Shown: positions 51,259 through 63,711 of the stretch, in pieces | Numbering within the stretch: position 1 is the stretch's first letter | Layout: each line of letters opens with the position of its first letter | Source: Mustelus asterias | Taxonomy: Eukaryota | Assembly (NCBI RefSeq): GCF_964213995.1 | Contig: NW_027590109.1 | Location: 434,001-498,000 of the forward strand | Direction of reading: 5' to 3' | Length of the DNA: 64,000 bases | The notes under the pieces: generated by a model | The model's database searches: none | What the model saw: the letters and a program-made list of their open reading frames with translations, nothing else | What the model was told of the DNA's origin: nothing | Position numbers and translations under genes: made by a program

Positions 51259-51620
51259 GCTGCGACAACGGATGAATGAACACCACTCGACAATCACCAG
51301 GCAAGACTGTTCTCTTCCTGTTGGGGAGCACTTCAGCGGTCACGGGTATTCGGCCTCTGATATTCGGGTAAGCGTTCTCCAAGGCAGCCTTCGCGACACA
51401 CGACAGCGCAGAGTCGCTGAGCAGAAACTGATAGCCAAGTTCCGCACACACGAGGACGGCCTCAACCGGGATATTGGGTTCATGTCACACTATTTGTAAC
51501 TCCCACAGTTGCGTGGACCTGCAGAGTTTCACTGGCTGTCTTGTCTGGAGACAATACACATCTTTTTATCCTGTCTTGATGCTCTCTCCACTCACATTGT
51601 TTCGTCTCTTAAAGACTTGA

Positions 51621-52865
51621 GTTCTTTGAAGAGATAACAAATAGGTTAGACCAAGGAGAGCCAATGGATGTTATCTATCTTGACTTCCAAAAGGCCTTTG
51701 ACTAGGTGCCTCACGGGAGACTGCTGAGTAAAATAAGGGCCCATGGTATTCGAGGCAAGGTACTAACATGGATTGACGATTGGCTGTCAGACAGAAGGCA
51801 GAGAGTTGGGATAAAAGGTTCTTTCTCAGAATGGCAACCGGTGACAAGTGGTGTCCCGCAGGGTTCAGTGTTGGGGCCACAGCTGTTCTCTTTATATATT
51901 AACGATCTAGATGACGGGACTGGGAGCATTCTGGCCAAGTTTGCCGATGATACAAAGATAGGTGGAGGGGCAGGTAGTATTGAGGAGGTGGGGAGGCTGC
52001 AGAAAGATTTAGACAGTTTAGGAGAGTGGTCCAAGAAGTGGCTGATGAAATTCAACGTGGGCAAGTGCGAGGTCGTACACTTTGGAAAAAAGAATAGAGG
52101 CATGGACTATTTTCTAAACGGTGACAAAATTCATAATGCTAAAGTGCAAAGGGACTTGGGAGTCCTAGTCCAGGATTCTCTAAAGGTAAACTTGCAGGTT
52201 GAGTCCGTAATTAAGAAAGCAAATGTAATGTTGTCATTTATCTCAAGGGGCTTGGAATACAAAAGCAGGGATGTACTTCTGAGGCTTTATAAAGCACTGG
52301 TTAGGCCCCATTTGGAGTACTGTGAGCAATTTTGGGCCCCACACCTCAGGAAGGACATACTGGCACTGGAGCGGGTCCAGCGGAGATTCACACGGATGAT
52401 CCCAGGAATGGTAGGCCTGACATACGATGAACGTCTGAGGATCGTGGGATTATATTCATTGGAGTTTAGGAGGTTGAGGGGAGATCTGATAGAAACTTAC
52501 AAGATAATGAACGGCTTAGATAGGATGGACGTAGGGAAGTTGTTTCCATTAACAGGGGAGACTAGGACGCGGGGGCACAGCCTTAGAATAAAAGGGAGTC
52601 ACTTTAGAACAGAGATGAGGAGAAATTTCTTCAGCCAGAGAGTGGTGGGTCTGTGGAATTCATTGCCACAGAGGGCTGTGGAGGCCGAGACGTTGAGCGT
52701 CTTTAAGACAGAAATTGATAAATTCTTGATTTCTCGAGGAATTAAGGGCTATGGGGAGAGAGCGGGTAAATGGAGTTGAAATCAACCATGATTGAATGGT
52801 GGAGTGGACTCGATGGGCCGAATGGCCTTACTTCCGCTCCTATGTCTTATGGTCTTATGGTCTTA
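51621..52865 (+). mobile_element. Young 5'-truncated CR1 LINE inserted in the Penelope plus arm
   Basis: ORF 51706-52779 (GVPQGSVLGP, FADD, RPHLEYC) is open to its natural stop; tail (tcttatgg)n. The host sequence aaagacttga|ttagttgtaag is intact in the other arm. Confidence 0.97.
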
Positions 52866-52948
52866 TTAGTTGTAAGTATTTGCATTCCAACCATTATTCA
52901 TGTAAATTGAGTCTGTGTCTTTATAAGCTCTGTTTGTGAACAGAATTC

Positions 52949-52993
52949 CCACTCACCTGAAGAAGGGGCTAAGAGCTCCGAAAGCTTGTGTGG
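52949..52993 (+). ncRNA. Minimal hammerhead ribozyme motif, plus arm
   Basis: ccactcac-CTGAAGA-a-ggggct aag agctcc-GAAA-gctt-gtgtgg. Confidence 0.8.
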
Positions 52994-53349
52994 CTTTTGC
53001 TGCCAAATAAACCTGTTGGACTTTAACCTGGTGTTGTTCAACTTCTTACTGTGTTTACCCCAGTCCAACGCCGGCATCTCCACATTAAGCAGAATACCCA
53101 AGGCACTGACAATACTAGCAGTAAAGAGTTAAATGATTCTTGAAGTGAAGTTAATAAGCTAATGAGATAAATGGTTTACACATGTATAAACGCAGTAAGA
53201 GAATCAAACAAGTAATTACTTGATTTATAATATTACTGAAATGCATTTTAAGTATTCTATGAGTCTTTGTTCATTTCAGCCAAGTGCAGGCTTCTGGCAA
53301 ATTTTAAGCAAAGGCCTGGTACCCGAGCCGTTAGCAGAATTCTTATAAG

Positions 53350-54062
53350 AAATTGCTGGTGAGGAAATATATTTTTGCAATTTTAGGAACAGGGCATTCA
53401 TTGCCTAGACATAGAATAGATACGTACTTGGAGCAGGAAAACATGTCAATTCAAATTGGCAGTGAGCGGTGGGAATTTTCACTTTTACCTCTAGTATGAG
53501 TGCATATAGTTACTTAGCAACAGGGAAGTGAGTTCAGTAAAGATAGGAGTTAGTTTCCGGGATGAATGGACAAATAAAATATCGTTGTGCTGAATGGTAA
53601 AATGCAATTGGCTGTGGGATATGCCAGTTAATATTATTGAACTGTTTAGGCCTGTACCCTCAGGAATTTAGAAGAACGAAGGGAGATCAATTTGAAGTAC
53701 ACAAGATGATGAAAGTTATAGATAAAGTAGATGTTGTGCGAATGCTTCCTCTTGTGGGCGTTCTGGGACAGGAGCTCATAGTCTCAGTATAAGGATAGCA
53801 CATTTAAATCGGAGTAGGAGAAAGTACTTCTGCCAAAGGCTTGTGAATGAGCCGAATTCGCTACCCCAACTTGCGGTGGATGCTGGGACAGTGAGTACAT
53901 TTAAGGAGAAGTCAGACATTTTATTAATTGGTAACGGGTTGAAGAGTTATTGGGAGAAGGCAGGGTAAAGGGAATGAGCAGCATATCACCCATTATCGAA
54001 TGGTGGAGCAGATTCGATGGCCCGAAGGGCCAAATGCTATTCCTATATCTGATGAACTTATG
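53350..54062 (+). mobile_element. Old CR1 fragments and 3' end
   Basis: gaatttagaagaacgaagggagatc..; 3' gatggcccgaagggccaaatgctattccta. Confidence 0.75.
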
Positions 54063-54196
54063 ATGTATGTATACTGAACATAATTGATTTAAAACTAATA
54101 TGAGGTGGGGATGATCGATAAGAAAATCTATATATTATCAGTTTTTGCTTGTATACGTTAGGTTCATCGGAGAGGTTTTGCTGTTCTAATCCAGAA

Positions 54197-55448
54197 CTTC
54201 TTAACCCTTTTGGTGATCTCTACACGCAGCTGTACATTATGTTTTCTTTTAAATAAATGTTACTTCTTCTTGCAGATATAGAAGCCTGGTGAGTTTTGCA
54301 TTGTTTACGTAATAACATAATTGGCCATCTCAAATTACCCCACAACAGACATAGAAAAATAACATTCCAAATATCATAGGTTCTTCAACATACATACAGC
54401 GTAGACAAAGTAGATTGGTAAAATGATAGCCTGGCATGTGAGCTATTTGAATGTATTTGGGATGATTTCATCGCGCAAAGCAACCTCGAGCCAAACAGGG
54501 AGTGGTAAATGAGCAATGAGACAGGAACACTCAATAACCAATTGGTAAAGAGTATTTAGTCGAAACCAAGGATAACATGATCGAATTTCATGTTCAGTTT
54601 GATGTGTGGCTTCTCTAACTCGTGTTGTAACCCTGAAAAAAGTGATAATGTTAAGAGTAGGAAGGAGATCAAACTAAAGTTAACCTTTCGATTAAAATAT
54701 AAACGATGGAGATACTATGGCAGACCTTAAGGACATGTCTAAATACGTTCATCAATCATTTCTCGTCTGTGTGAAAGAGATACTCATTGAGAAGCCTGCA
54801 TCAATCATGGCTGAACACCGAAGTTCAGGGCATTATAAAATTAAATAAAGTGCATATTCGGCAACTCTTAAAACGACGAAAGAATGAAGAGAGAAGCATG
54901 TGTGAGAAATGCAGCCGAGACTGTAAACAACACAGGGGTTAAAAAAATCCAGAAGCAATAAAATAGGAAAGGAGAAATGAAAGGTGTATTGGTCATCAAG
55001 AGAGTGAACCTGGGTAATTGGTATTGGAAAACAACCCATTGCCACGCTTCTGAAGTAGTATTGTTTCAAGTTTCACTTTAGTAGACGAAATAGAGTTTCC
55101 TAGTAAATCTGGAAGTGAGCAAGAGAGAGGAACTCAAAGTATCAGGATCATCATGGAAAGGTGTGAGGGAAACAATTAGATTTAAATTTTGACAATCCCT
55201 ATGAGCTGTCTATCCCTATTCCTGTCTCATTGCTCATTCACACGCTGTGTGTATGTTGAAGAACCTATGATAGTTGGAATGTTATTTTTGTATGTCTGTT
55301 GTGGGGTAATTTGAGATGGCCAATTACGTTATTACTTAAACAATGCAAAGCTCACCAGGCTTGTATATCTGCATGAAGAAGTTACATTTACTTTGTAAGA
55401 AAGCATAATGGACAGCTGTGTGTAGAAATCACCAAAAGGGTTAAGAAG
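54197..55448. repeat. Inverted repeat pair, arms about 205 bp (54197-54402 and 55242-55448)
   Basis: ggccatctcaaattaccccacaacagacat versus atgtctgttgtggggtaatttgagatggcc, collinear along the whole arm. Confidence 0.95.
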
Positions 55449-56703
55449 ATCTAGATATCTAAGTCTGATTAAGGCTGCAAAAAACAATACATGCATTTGT
55501 TGTGTCATCAATATTCTCTTATATTCGATAACTCCACTGGATTTGCAATCGATGCTACAACATGTTATTAAACACAGATGGGAGACAGGCCAACTAGATT
55601 AACATCTGCCACAGGAAATTTCCTGGAATCCATTCTTGAGCACGTTCAAGCAGCAAAGGTGGAAATTATAATTTAGACTGGCAGACTTAACATGGAAAAT
55701 GAAAATGGGAATAGATTTTAACCAATATATTGGTGCTTTTTGAGTGAAGCAACTGGCCGTTTGGATAATTGATTACTAATAGTCGATTTATAGAAGGTAT
55801 TTGATAAAGTGTCACCTCAAAGATGTGATGACAAAATATTACATAGACTACGGGTGACATGTTAGCAAGTACATGTTACTGTTCATCTCGCTAGAATCAA
55901 AGTGGAAATTAAATATTTATTCGAGATAGCGAGCAACAGGGATTAGGGCTGGGACATCAACTATTTGCAACCGCCACCGATGACAAAAGGAAGCAGCCAA
56001 ATGTGCAGAAGGCAAATGTGTGGGGCATTAATTAATACACTTGTGCAGAAGTGGACGAAAAACAGCGAAGTACATTGAACTGTTGCATAAGTGAGCAAAC
56101 ATTTGATCGAGAGAGTTTATTGCGGGACAATATGAACGTGTCCCGTTTTCCTGGAAGAATAGTCATGTTGGGTCCTCCTAAAATATGCAGAGATTACAGG
56201 ACTCTGTCGTACACATCTGTCCTGGCACACCAATCACAAGGCTGTTGTGCGCAGCTACCGCAAATTATTACCTAAAAATGGAATGTTGAGATGGGTATAA
56301 CGGGAGTACGTTGATATCTGCAACTCACAATATATCCAGCCAATAACGGAATGCAAAAATCGTTCCTATCTTCAAAGTGCCCTAGCTGCTAAGCAACACA
56401 TTCTATATCTCCACATCATGTACTTACTTTTAACGCCATAATCGCGTGAAGGAAAATATAAGCCCTGTTTGAATTGAAACCAACCGTCCCTCAACGAACC
56501 CACATATCCCCCCTCCCCCCCAGCCCCATACACACACACACATACGTGCGCGCGCGCTTACGAACATATCTGTCCAGCATGAAGCCAGCTATTGGTTTAC
56601 CCTTTCTCATAACCAAACACTCAATTAACCCGGTTTAAAGCTATAAGTTATGTCTAATATTGAACTGCGTAAGCATAATTCCCTTCAAACTATATATTTC
56701 CAT

Positions 56704-57039
56704 GGCACGGTAGCACAGTGGTTAGCACTGCTGCTTCACAGCTCCAGGGCCCCGGGTTCGATTCCCGGCTCGGGTCACTGTCTGTGTGGAGTTTGCACAT
56801 TCTCCTCGTGTCTGCGTGGGTTTACTCCGGGTGCTCCGGTTTCCTCCCACAGTCCAAAGATATGCAGGTTAGGTTGATTGGCCAGGTTAAAAATTGTCCC
56901 TTAGAGTCCTGAGATGCGTAGGTTAGAGAGATTAGCGGGTAAAATATGTGGGGGTAGGGCCTGGGTGGGATTGTGGTCGGTGCAGACTCGATGGGCTGAA
57001 TGGCCTCCTTCTGCACTGTAGGGTTTCTATGTTTCTATG
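56704..57039 (+). mobile_element. Full-length HE1 SINE with CR1-derived tail
   Basis: A box tagcacagtgg, B box ggttcgattcc, V domain, tail gatgggctgaatggcctccttctgcactgt plus (tttctatg)n. Confidence 0.96.
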
Positions 57040-57342
57040 ACAGCGCTATTCCTGTTCTCATTGCGTAATTGGAATTAGTTTTTTGTTTGTTTTGTTAATG
57101 TCAAAGGTGGCTGAATACTTACGACTCTCATCTCTGAAACAGAGGATTCTGAGTTCAGTTACCAAGTCAACACTTTGAGCCCAAGACACTTGTGTGACCT
57201 GGAAACAGGAGTGACAGAGAGGGACAGATCTGAAAGAGTGAATGTTTCCCCGATGGTCCGTAACAAGAACTAACTTAACTGACAAAACAATAACAACGGT
57301 AGTGAGGTAATACTTTACTACCAGAGGTATGAACTGAGGCAG

Positions 57343-57660
57343 TGGCACGGTCGTGCATTGGTTCGCACAATGCTGCTTCACAGCCCCAGGATCCAGGTTC
57401 AATTCCAGCCTTGGGTAACGGTGTGTGTGGAGCTTGTACATTCGCCCCTGTCTGCATGGGTTTGCTCCGGGTGTTCCGTTTTCCTCCCACCGACCAAAAA
57501 TGTGCATATTAGCATGAATGTCCATGTTAAATTGCCCCTAGTGTCAGCGGGATTAGCAGGGTAAATGAGGGTTGCGGGAATGGGGCCTGGGTGGGATTGC
57601 AGTCGGTACAGAGTCTGTGTTGCCGAATGGCCTCCGACTGCACTGCAGGGATGCTGTGAA
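57343..57660 (+). mobile_element. HE1 SINE, diverged
   Basis: ggcacgg..ggttcaattcc..ccgaatggcctccgactgcactg. Confidence 0.9.
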
Positions 57661-58357
57661 TTGAGGCACTGTCAGATGCACAGTAATGAGCAAACTGTGT
57701 TCCCTTTCAGGTTTCGTACTGGGGGAGAGCTGCTTTCCCATAAGAGTACTGTGGATTAATTGGTGACCTCACAGTGGGTCACTACAGAGGGAGAATGGAA
57801 TCGTCGAAACATCGGTATCTTCAGAGCTCTGCGCATGCAATGCATGAAAACTGAGATTGTAGTTCACAATCAGAGTGTTGGCACTGAGGAAGAACCACAT
57901 TGCGAGAGTGTCAGTTCTGAGGGAGCGGCACATTACTATAGGGTTAAGATTGAGACAGCACAATGTCAGGAAAAAAAACGCAGGCAAATGCTCTGAGTAT
58001 CTATTTGCATGCATCACAGTGCTAATCATAAATAGTGAGAAGCTGATGTAATCCAATACCGAGATGAACAATATGAATGCAAGTTGTATTTGAATTAGCA
58101 AACATTATGTTATAATGCAATACATTTTGATCAGAAATTCTGTCTGACTCTCCCACCTGCTAATTACATATTGTATTCCTAAAGTTCAGATGAGCAGATT
58201 TGTATTGAATTCATAATTTTCCATGCTAAACTTTTGTGTCTGTATTTATAACTAGGGCAATAGTCAGTCAAATAAAACCATAATAAAACTGCAGTTGGTG
58301 TTGGACACGGAGTTACTATGAAAATGCTCCAAACATCCTATGATCCAGAAAGATAAA

Positions 58358-58710
58358 ATAGAACCGTAGAATCCTACAGTGCAGAAGGAGGCTATTCATC
58401 CCATCAAGTCTGCACCGAACACTAACCCACCAGGCTCTAAACCCATAACCCCATGCATTTATCCCTGACACTAAGGGGCAATTTAGCATGGTCAATCCAC
58501 CTTACCTCCACGTCTTTGGACACTAAGGGGCAATTTAGCATGGCCAATGGACCTAACCCACAGATCTTTGGTTTGTGGGGGGAAACGGAGCACCCAGAGG
58601 AAACCCACGCAGAGACGGGGAGAATGAGCAAACTCCACACAGACAGTGACCCGAGCCGGGAATTGAACTGTGAGGCAGCAGTGCGAACTACTGTGCCACA
58701 GCGCCGCCCC
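58358..58710 (-). mobile_element. HE1 SINE with internal tandem duplication
   Basis: gacactaaggggcaatttagcatgg occurs twice (~58467 and ~58520). Confidence 0.92.
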
Positions 58711-58829
58711 AGGCAGGCAGACACAGTGGTTGGCTTCGAGTGCAAAAAAAGAAAAAAGCATGAATGTTTCCATCCATGTGACTCCTTCAACAGAGATAAA
58801 GAGAGGCATTTCACATATTAAAATTTATG

Positions 58830-59500
58830 TCGATGACTTCCGTTCAGAACAGCATTTTTCCATATGGCCCAACGTGTCTTGAAGATTCTTCTAATTCTAT
58901 TGATAGAGTCACATTCAGAGGCAAAAAGCACATCTTGCAGTTTATCACATTGTTTATACGGGGTCAATATTGGTCCAACAATACAGAAGATGTTTGACAG
59001 CATCCAGTATCAAAACATCGCTTAAAAGGCACTGCCACAGTCCCTCCTCCGACATCAACCCACCTCCATCATCATCCCCTCCCGCCCCCTTTTCCTGACA
59101 CTGTCAATATTTACTCCCTCCCTCACTGGAACACAGTGACAGCAATGTGTGCAATATATAAGATGCACCTCGTAAATCCCCAAAACCCAGTCGACAACAT
59201 TTTCCGCACACACGAATTAGAAAGAAAAGGGCAGGCAATAAATTGGAAAACGAACGACTGCGGATTATGCTCTAAGTCACACATATTACTGTACTGGAAC
59301 TGTGTCACCATTCTCTCACTTTTGCTTCCTCAAAATCCTGGAAATCTCTATGTAGATCAAACTGCATTTATCTACACTACTGCTGCAACAGCACTTCAAT
59401 CTGTTGGCTCACAGCCGCATTCAGAAGGACCGTAAAGTGTTAGTAATAAGTTCTGACCTTACCAAATACGCTCACACACATGAATGGAAACTGTTCCAAA
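58830..59500 (+). mobile_element. Old L2/CR1-group LINE 3' fragment
   Basis: cactgtcaatatt..cagtgacagcaatgtgtgcaatatataagatgcac..tatattactg..tcaaaatcctggaa, resembling shark LINE ends from memory. Confidence 0.45.
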
Positions 59501-59784
59501 CCTCGGAATCCTCTCCTGACATTCCAATCCAATCTCGGCTGAAAGTGAACCAAAGTGTCCCCAGCCTCATCACCTACACACTGACAGATACAAAAATGTC
59601 ACCCTGTGCTTCAGTGAGATTAATGTCCACATTTCCAGCCTGAATACATTCGCTTCTCAGGGAATTCACCTGGGACAGCGTAATGCCGCCAGGGAGCCCC
59701 AATGCCTATCATTCACAGGCTTCAGAAAATGGCAAATAACCTGATGGTGATGGATGAATGATCACAGAAAATTTACCGATGCAG

Positions 59785-60330
59785 GTCTTCCCCTCTCCCT
59801 CCCTCTGCCTCTCTCTCTCTTCTCTCCCTTGCTCTCTCGCTCTGTCTCTCTCACGCACACTCTCCCTCATTCTGTTCATCCCTTTCTCTCTCACCCGCCT
59901 TCCGCCTCTCTGTGACTGCTTCCCGCTGCCACTGCTTCGCCCTGTCACCAACTCTTTTCTTCATCTCCCTGTTACCTCATTTCCCTGCCTCACGCTCTCG
60001 CTATTTATCCCTTTAGCTGTCTATCTCGTGTCTCTCGATTTCCAGACTCCCACCCACCTTGTCTCAGCAATCTTTCCCCTCTCGCTCCCTCCCCACTCTT
60101 CGACTTCCCCTCTCATAGTCTCCCCCTCTTGCTATACCTCTCTCTCTCACCGGGGCTTTTATCCCTCTCACTGTCTCACCCGTGTCTCACTGCCTCACCC
60201 TCTCTCTCCTTGTATCTCTCACCTTCCAGACAAGGGACTTCTCGCACTCCTTGCGAAAATGTCAGAGGCTCTCAATGTTTTTCTCTCTCCAGTTCTCTCT
60301 CCCTTTGACAAATTTTCGCTCTCTCTATCT
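59785..60330. repeat. Pyrimidine-rich (CT) low-complexity tract
   Basis: Read directly; explains spurious ORF 59758-60357. Confidence 0.9.
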
Positions 60331-60499
60331 GCGGAGATGTTTGGGATGAAGTGGTAAGGTTTGGGAGATTTGTGAGGGTGCAATGGTTTATGAAATGTTG
60401 AGGCTGATATTTCCACCACCTTGTCTCAGTTCATTGTTATCCTGGTAGCGGATAAAATGCGTTACCACAGTGAGAGATAATTCTTAACTCTGTCACCAT

Positions 60500-61345
60500 G
60501 ACGACTGCCTCCACACTAAAACAAAATGTCATGGTATATGGGGTAACATATTGGCACGGATTGAAGATTGGCTAGCTCACAGGAAACGGAGAATTGTTTA
60601 AAAGGATGTGACGAGTGGTGTACCAACAGGATCTGAGCTGCGTCCACATCGTTTTACAATTTATATGGAAAAATGACTTGGATGAAGGCGTTTCGTGCAC
60701 GGTTGCTAAATTTTCCGATGGCACAGATATCGGTTGGAAATTGTGATGAGGGAAGCTATAAAGTGACATAGAGTGTTTTCGTGAGTGCGCAAAAAGCTGA
60801 CAAATGGACTGCAACGTGTGATAATGGGGAATACACCATGCTAATATGAATAATACAAAAGACGCTTATTATCTCAATGATGAGAGAGAGCAGGGCCCTG
60901 AAGTGCAGAGGGATCTGGGTGTCCCGGTGCAGGAATCACAAAAAGCTCGGAGGCAGCTGCATCAAAAGGTTAATATTCACTGTGACGGGAAATTAATACA
61001 ACACTTGGGAGGTTGTGCTTCCCTTGGACAGGGTATTGATGAGACTACATCTGACGTTTTGTGAACAGTAATTGTCTCCTTGTTGAAATAAAGTTGCAGA
61101 TCTGTTAGAAGCAGTTCAGAAAGATAGGTTCACGAAACCAATCCCTTATTAGACTCCTTGTCTTATGAGGGAAGTTTGGATGGATCAGGTTTGCATTCAC
61201 TGGAGTCTCGGATGGTAAGTGGCGACTTGATCAAAACATCTAAGATCGTGAGGAGCATTGATCGGGTAGATGTGGAAAATATGTTCCCTCTGATTGGAGA
61301 ATCTGGAGCCAGGTGTCATTTTTTGCAAATAATGTGTCGCCCATT
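60500..61345 (+). mobile_element. Old degraded CR1 RT fragment
   Basis: AKFSDGT-like motif, VQRDLGVPVQES, LHSLESRMVSGDLIKT. Confidence 0.85.
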
Positions 61346-61552
61346 TTTCTGCAAATCATAATTCTTTATTGTTTTACTTTAAGCGATTTTTAAATGAATT
61401 ACTAATTGTAAACTGCTCCTGCTAGCTCAATTTTCTACTTCCATGTATGTTTACACCCAAAATGCATTATTTCTGAACTCTTATATTAATAACTTCACAA
61501 TGCCCCACATTGAAACTCGAGGGTAACTGTTATCATTTTCCCTATGTCATAT

Positions 61553-61888
61553 CTCCTCTCACCGCTGGTGTCGCTGTCTATCCGCATCGCGCTCTATCAC
61601 TCTCTCTTCCCACTGCTGGTTTCGCGGTCTCTCCCCTCTCGTTCTGTCGCTCTCTCCTCCCAGGGATGATGTCGCTCTGTCACTCTGTCCTCGTACAGCT
61701 TGGATCGCTGTCTCTCCCCTTATTGCTCTGTCACTCTCTCCTCCCACCGCTGGTGCTGGTTCTCTCTTCCTCTCTCTCTGTCACTCTCTCCTCTTACCGC
61801 TTGGAGAGCTGTCTCTCCCCCCGCCCTGCCGCTCATTCACTCTGCCCTCCCACCGCTGGTGTCGCTAGTTCTCCCCCTGTCTCTCTGC
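61553..61888. repeat. Degenerate ~50-55-bp minisatellite
   Basis: Repeated ctcccaccgctggtgtcgctgtctctcccc..gctctgtcactct. Confidence 0.85.
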
Positions 61889-62162
61889 TACAAACTGAAA
61901 TCCCTGGCAATATTGTTCAAGGCTCTTACATCAGCAGTTATTTCCCAGATGCGGACATGGTTATTACTGAACTTGACTAATAAAGAGCAGGACCTGCAGT
62001 AACTGTGATCATATGGTGGCATTGTATGACAGACGCTGATTTGTCATTGTTCAATGGAACAGTTATACAGAGCAAAATTCTGAGCAAAAGACAGGGACTG
62101 TTCTGCCTCCTCTCCAAATGGTCTGCAGTTATTCGCCTGGTTGTTTGGGTTTCTTTCTGGTT

Positions 62163-62419
62163 ATAGAATCATATAATCATAGAATACCTACAGTGCAGAA
62201 GGATGCCATTCGGCCCATCGAGTCTGCACCGACCACAATCCCACCGAGACCTTCTCCCCATAACCTCATGCATTCACCCAACTAGACGCCCTGACAATGT
62301 GGGGGCAATTTAGCAGGGCCAACTCACCTAACACGCACATCTTTGGACTGTGGGGGGAAACCGGGGCACCCGGAGGAAACGGACGCAGACACGGGGAGAA
62401 TGTGGAAACTCCACACAGA
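62163..62419 (-). mobile_element. HE1 SINE lacking its 5' head
   Basis: atagaatcat..ggcccatcgagtctgcaccgacc..gaaactccacacaga. Confidence 0.9.
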
Positions 62420-63194
62420 GATGGGGAGTTTTGAGGCGCTTTGAGCAGGCCACAGACGACGGGAGAATTTTGAGCAGAAAATGTGTTAACAGAGATAAGG
62501 AGGGTTTTAGAAGCTGAGCGAGTCTACAGAGTGGTGTCTACTGGGGAAGTTTGAAGATGTAGTGAGCATCCCAGGGCTTGTTAAAACGTAATAATGAAGC
62601 AAATAACAATGAAAGCAATGGTGTGAATTTCAACAGGGAAGCTTTGCTGATTGTAACCCTGCACAGATCAGTAAGTGCATCTCTGATCATTATTGGACTG
62701 AGTGTGACTCCGGGTGTCAGAACTGCAAAGGTTTTCACAAAACCCTCTCTCTCCGAGGGAAGAACTCTCAAAAACAGTTTAGCTGAGACAGAGGGATTGG
62801 CTGCGGTAAGAAAAGTGGAAAGAGAAAATCTCTTTGATGGTGCGAAGATAAGATTTGAAACATATGTTTGGTGAAGGTATTTGAGACGCGGGGATGTAGC
62901 TGTTTTGTAGAAACAGGACAGGGACTTTTTCATCCTGGGCACCCTCTCATTTGCCCTGCTCCTCAGCTGGACTTCTAGGCAAAATTTCAATTGAAACATT
63001 CGTCTGCATATATAATTGAATCGACCCAACGTGCATTGTTGCAGGGAAAAGTCGATGGAATGGCTCTCAGTCATGATGTTCATTCGGAGAGCCAGTGCAG
63101 AAACGATGGGCCGAATGGCCGCCTTCTGCGCCGTATTAATCGGTGATTATGTCATTTCTATCAACAGTGCCGTACATGCGCCCACTATCACACA

Positions 63195-63700
63195 GATACA
63201 GGGAGAGAGAGATAGGCACCCAGAGAGAAAAAGAGAGACAGAGCGAGAGAGAGTGATAAGTTAGGGAGGAACGGAAAGGGAAAGATAGAGAGAGGGGCAC
63301 GAGAGAGACACAGAGAGAGAGATGAATAAGAGAGAAAGAGAAAGAGAGAGAGAGAGTTGCAGAGAGAGAGAAAGTGAGAGAATGAGTGATAGGTGAAGCG
63401 AAAAAGTGAGAATAGCAAAGGAGTGAGAGCGAGAGAGAGCAAAGCACAGAGGGAGAGAAAGAGAAAACGAGAGAGAAAGTGAGAGAGAGGCATATATAAA
63501 TAGTGACAGAGAGACAGAGTAAGAGCGAGTGAGAAAGGGCGACAAAGAGATAGTGGGAGAGAGGCATAGGGAGACGGAGAGAGAGGTACTCAAAGAGAGA
63601 GTGCGAGAGTGAGACAGCAGGCACAGCGAGAGATAGAAAATGAAAGTGGGAGACAACGGGAGTGAGAGAGAAAGAAGGGGAGAGACAGAGAGAAAGACAG
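63195..63700. repeat. Purine-rich (GA) low-complexity tract
   Basis: Read directly; explains the Ser/Leu-rich minus-strand ORFs. Confidence 0.92.
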
Positions 63701-63711
63701 TTAGATGTCAG

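Larger units (their letters stand above)
50417..53085. mobile_element. Penelope-like element with inverted arrangement (minus arm 50417-51258; plus arm 51256-51620 and 52866-53085), flanked by a TSD
   Basis: The arms are near-identical reverse complements. ttaagcagaatac occurs at 50406-50418 and 53085-53097. Confidence 0.95.

Noticed and set aside
51259-51297. N-terminus of the 190-aa GIY-YIG ORF as a stand-alone nuclease gene
   Set aside because: These codons cross the inversion junction and are antisense Penelope sequence; the ORF is a truncated retroelement piece.
56704-56775. tRNA genes (A and B boxes here and in similar copies)
   Set aside because: They are SINE heads continuing into V-domain and tail sequence, with no proper cloverleaf.
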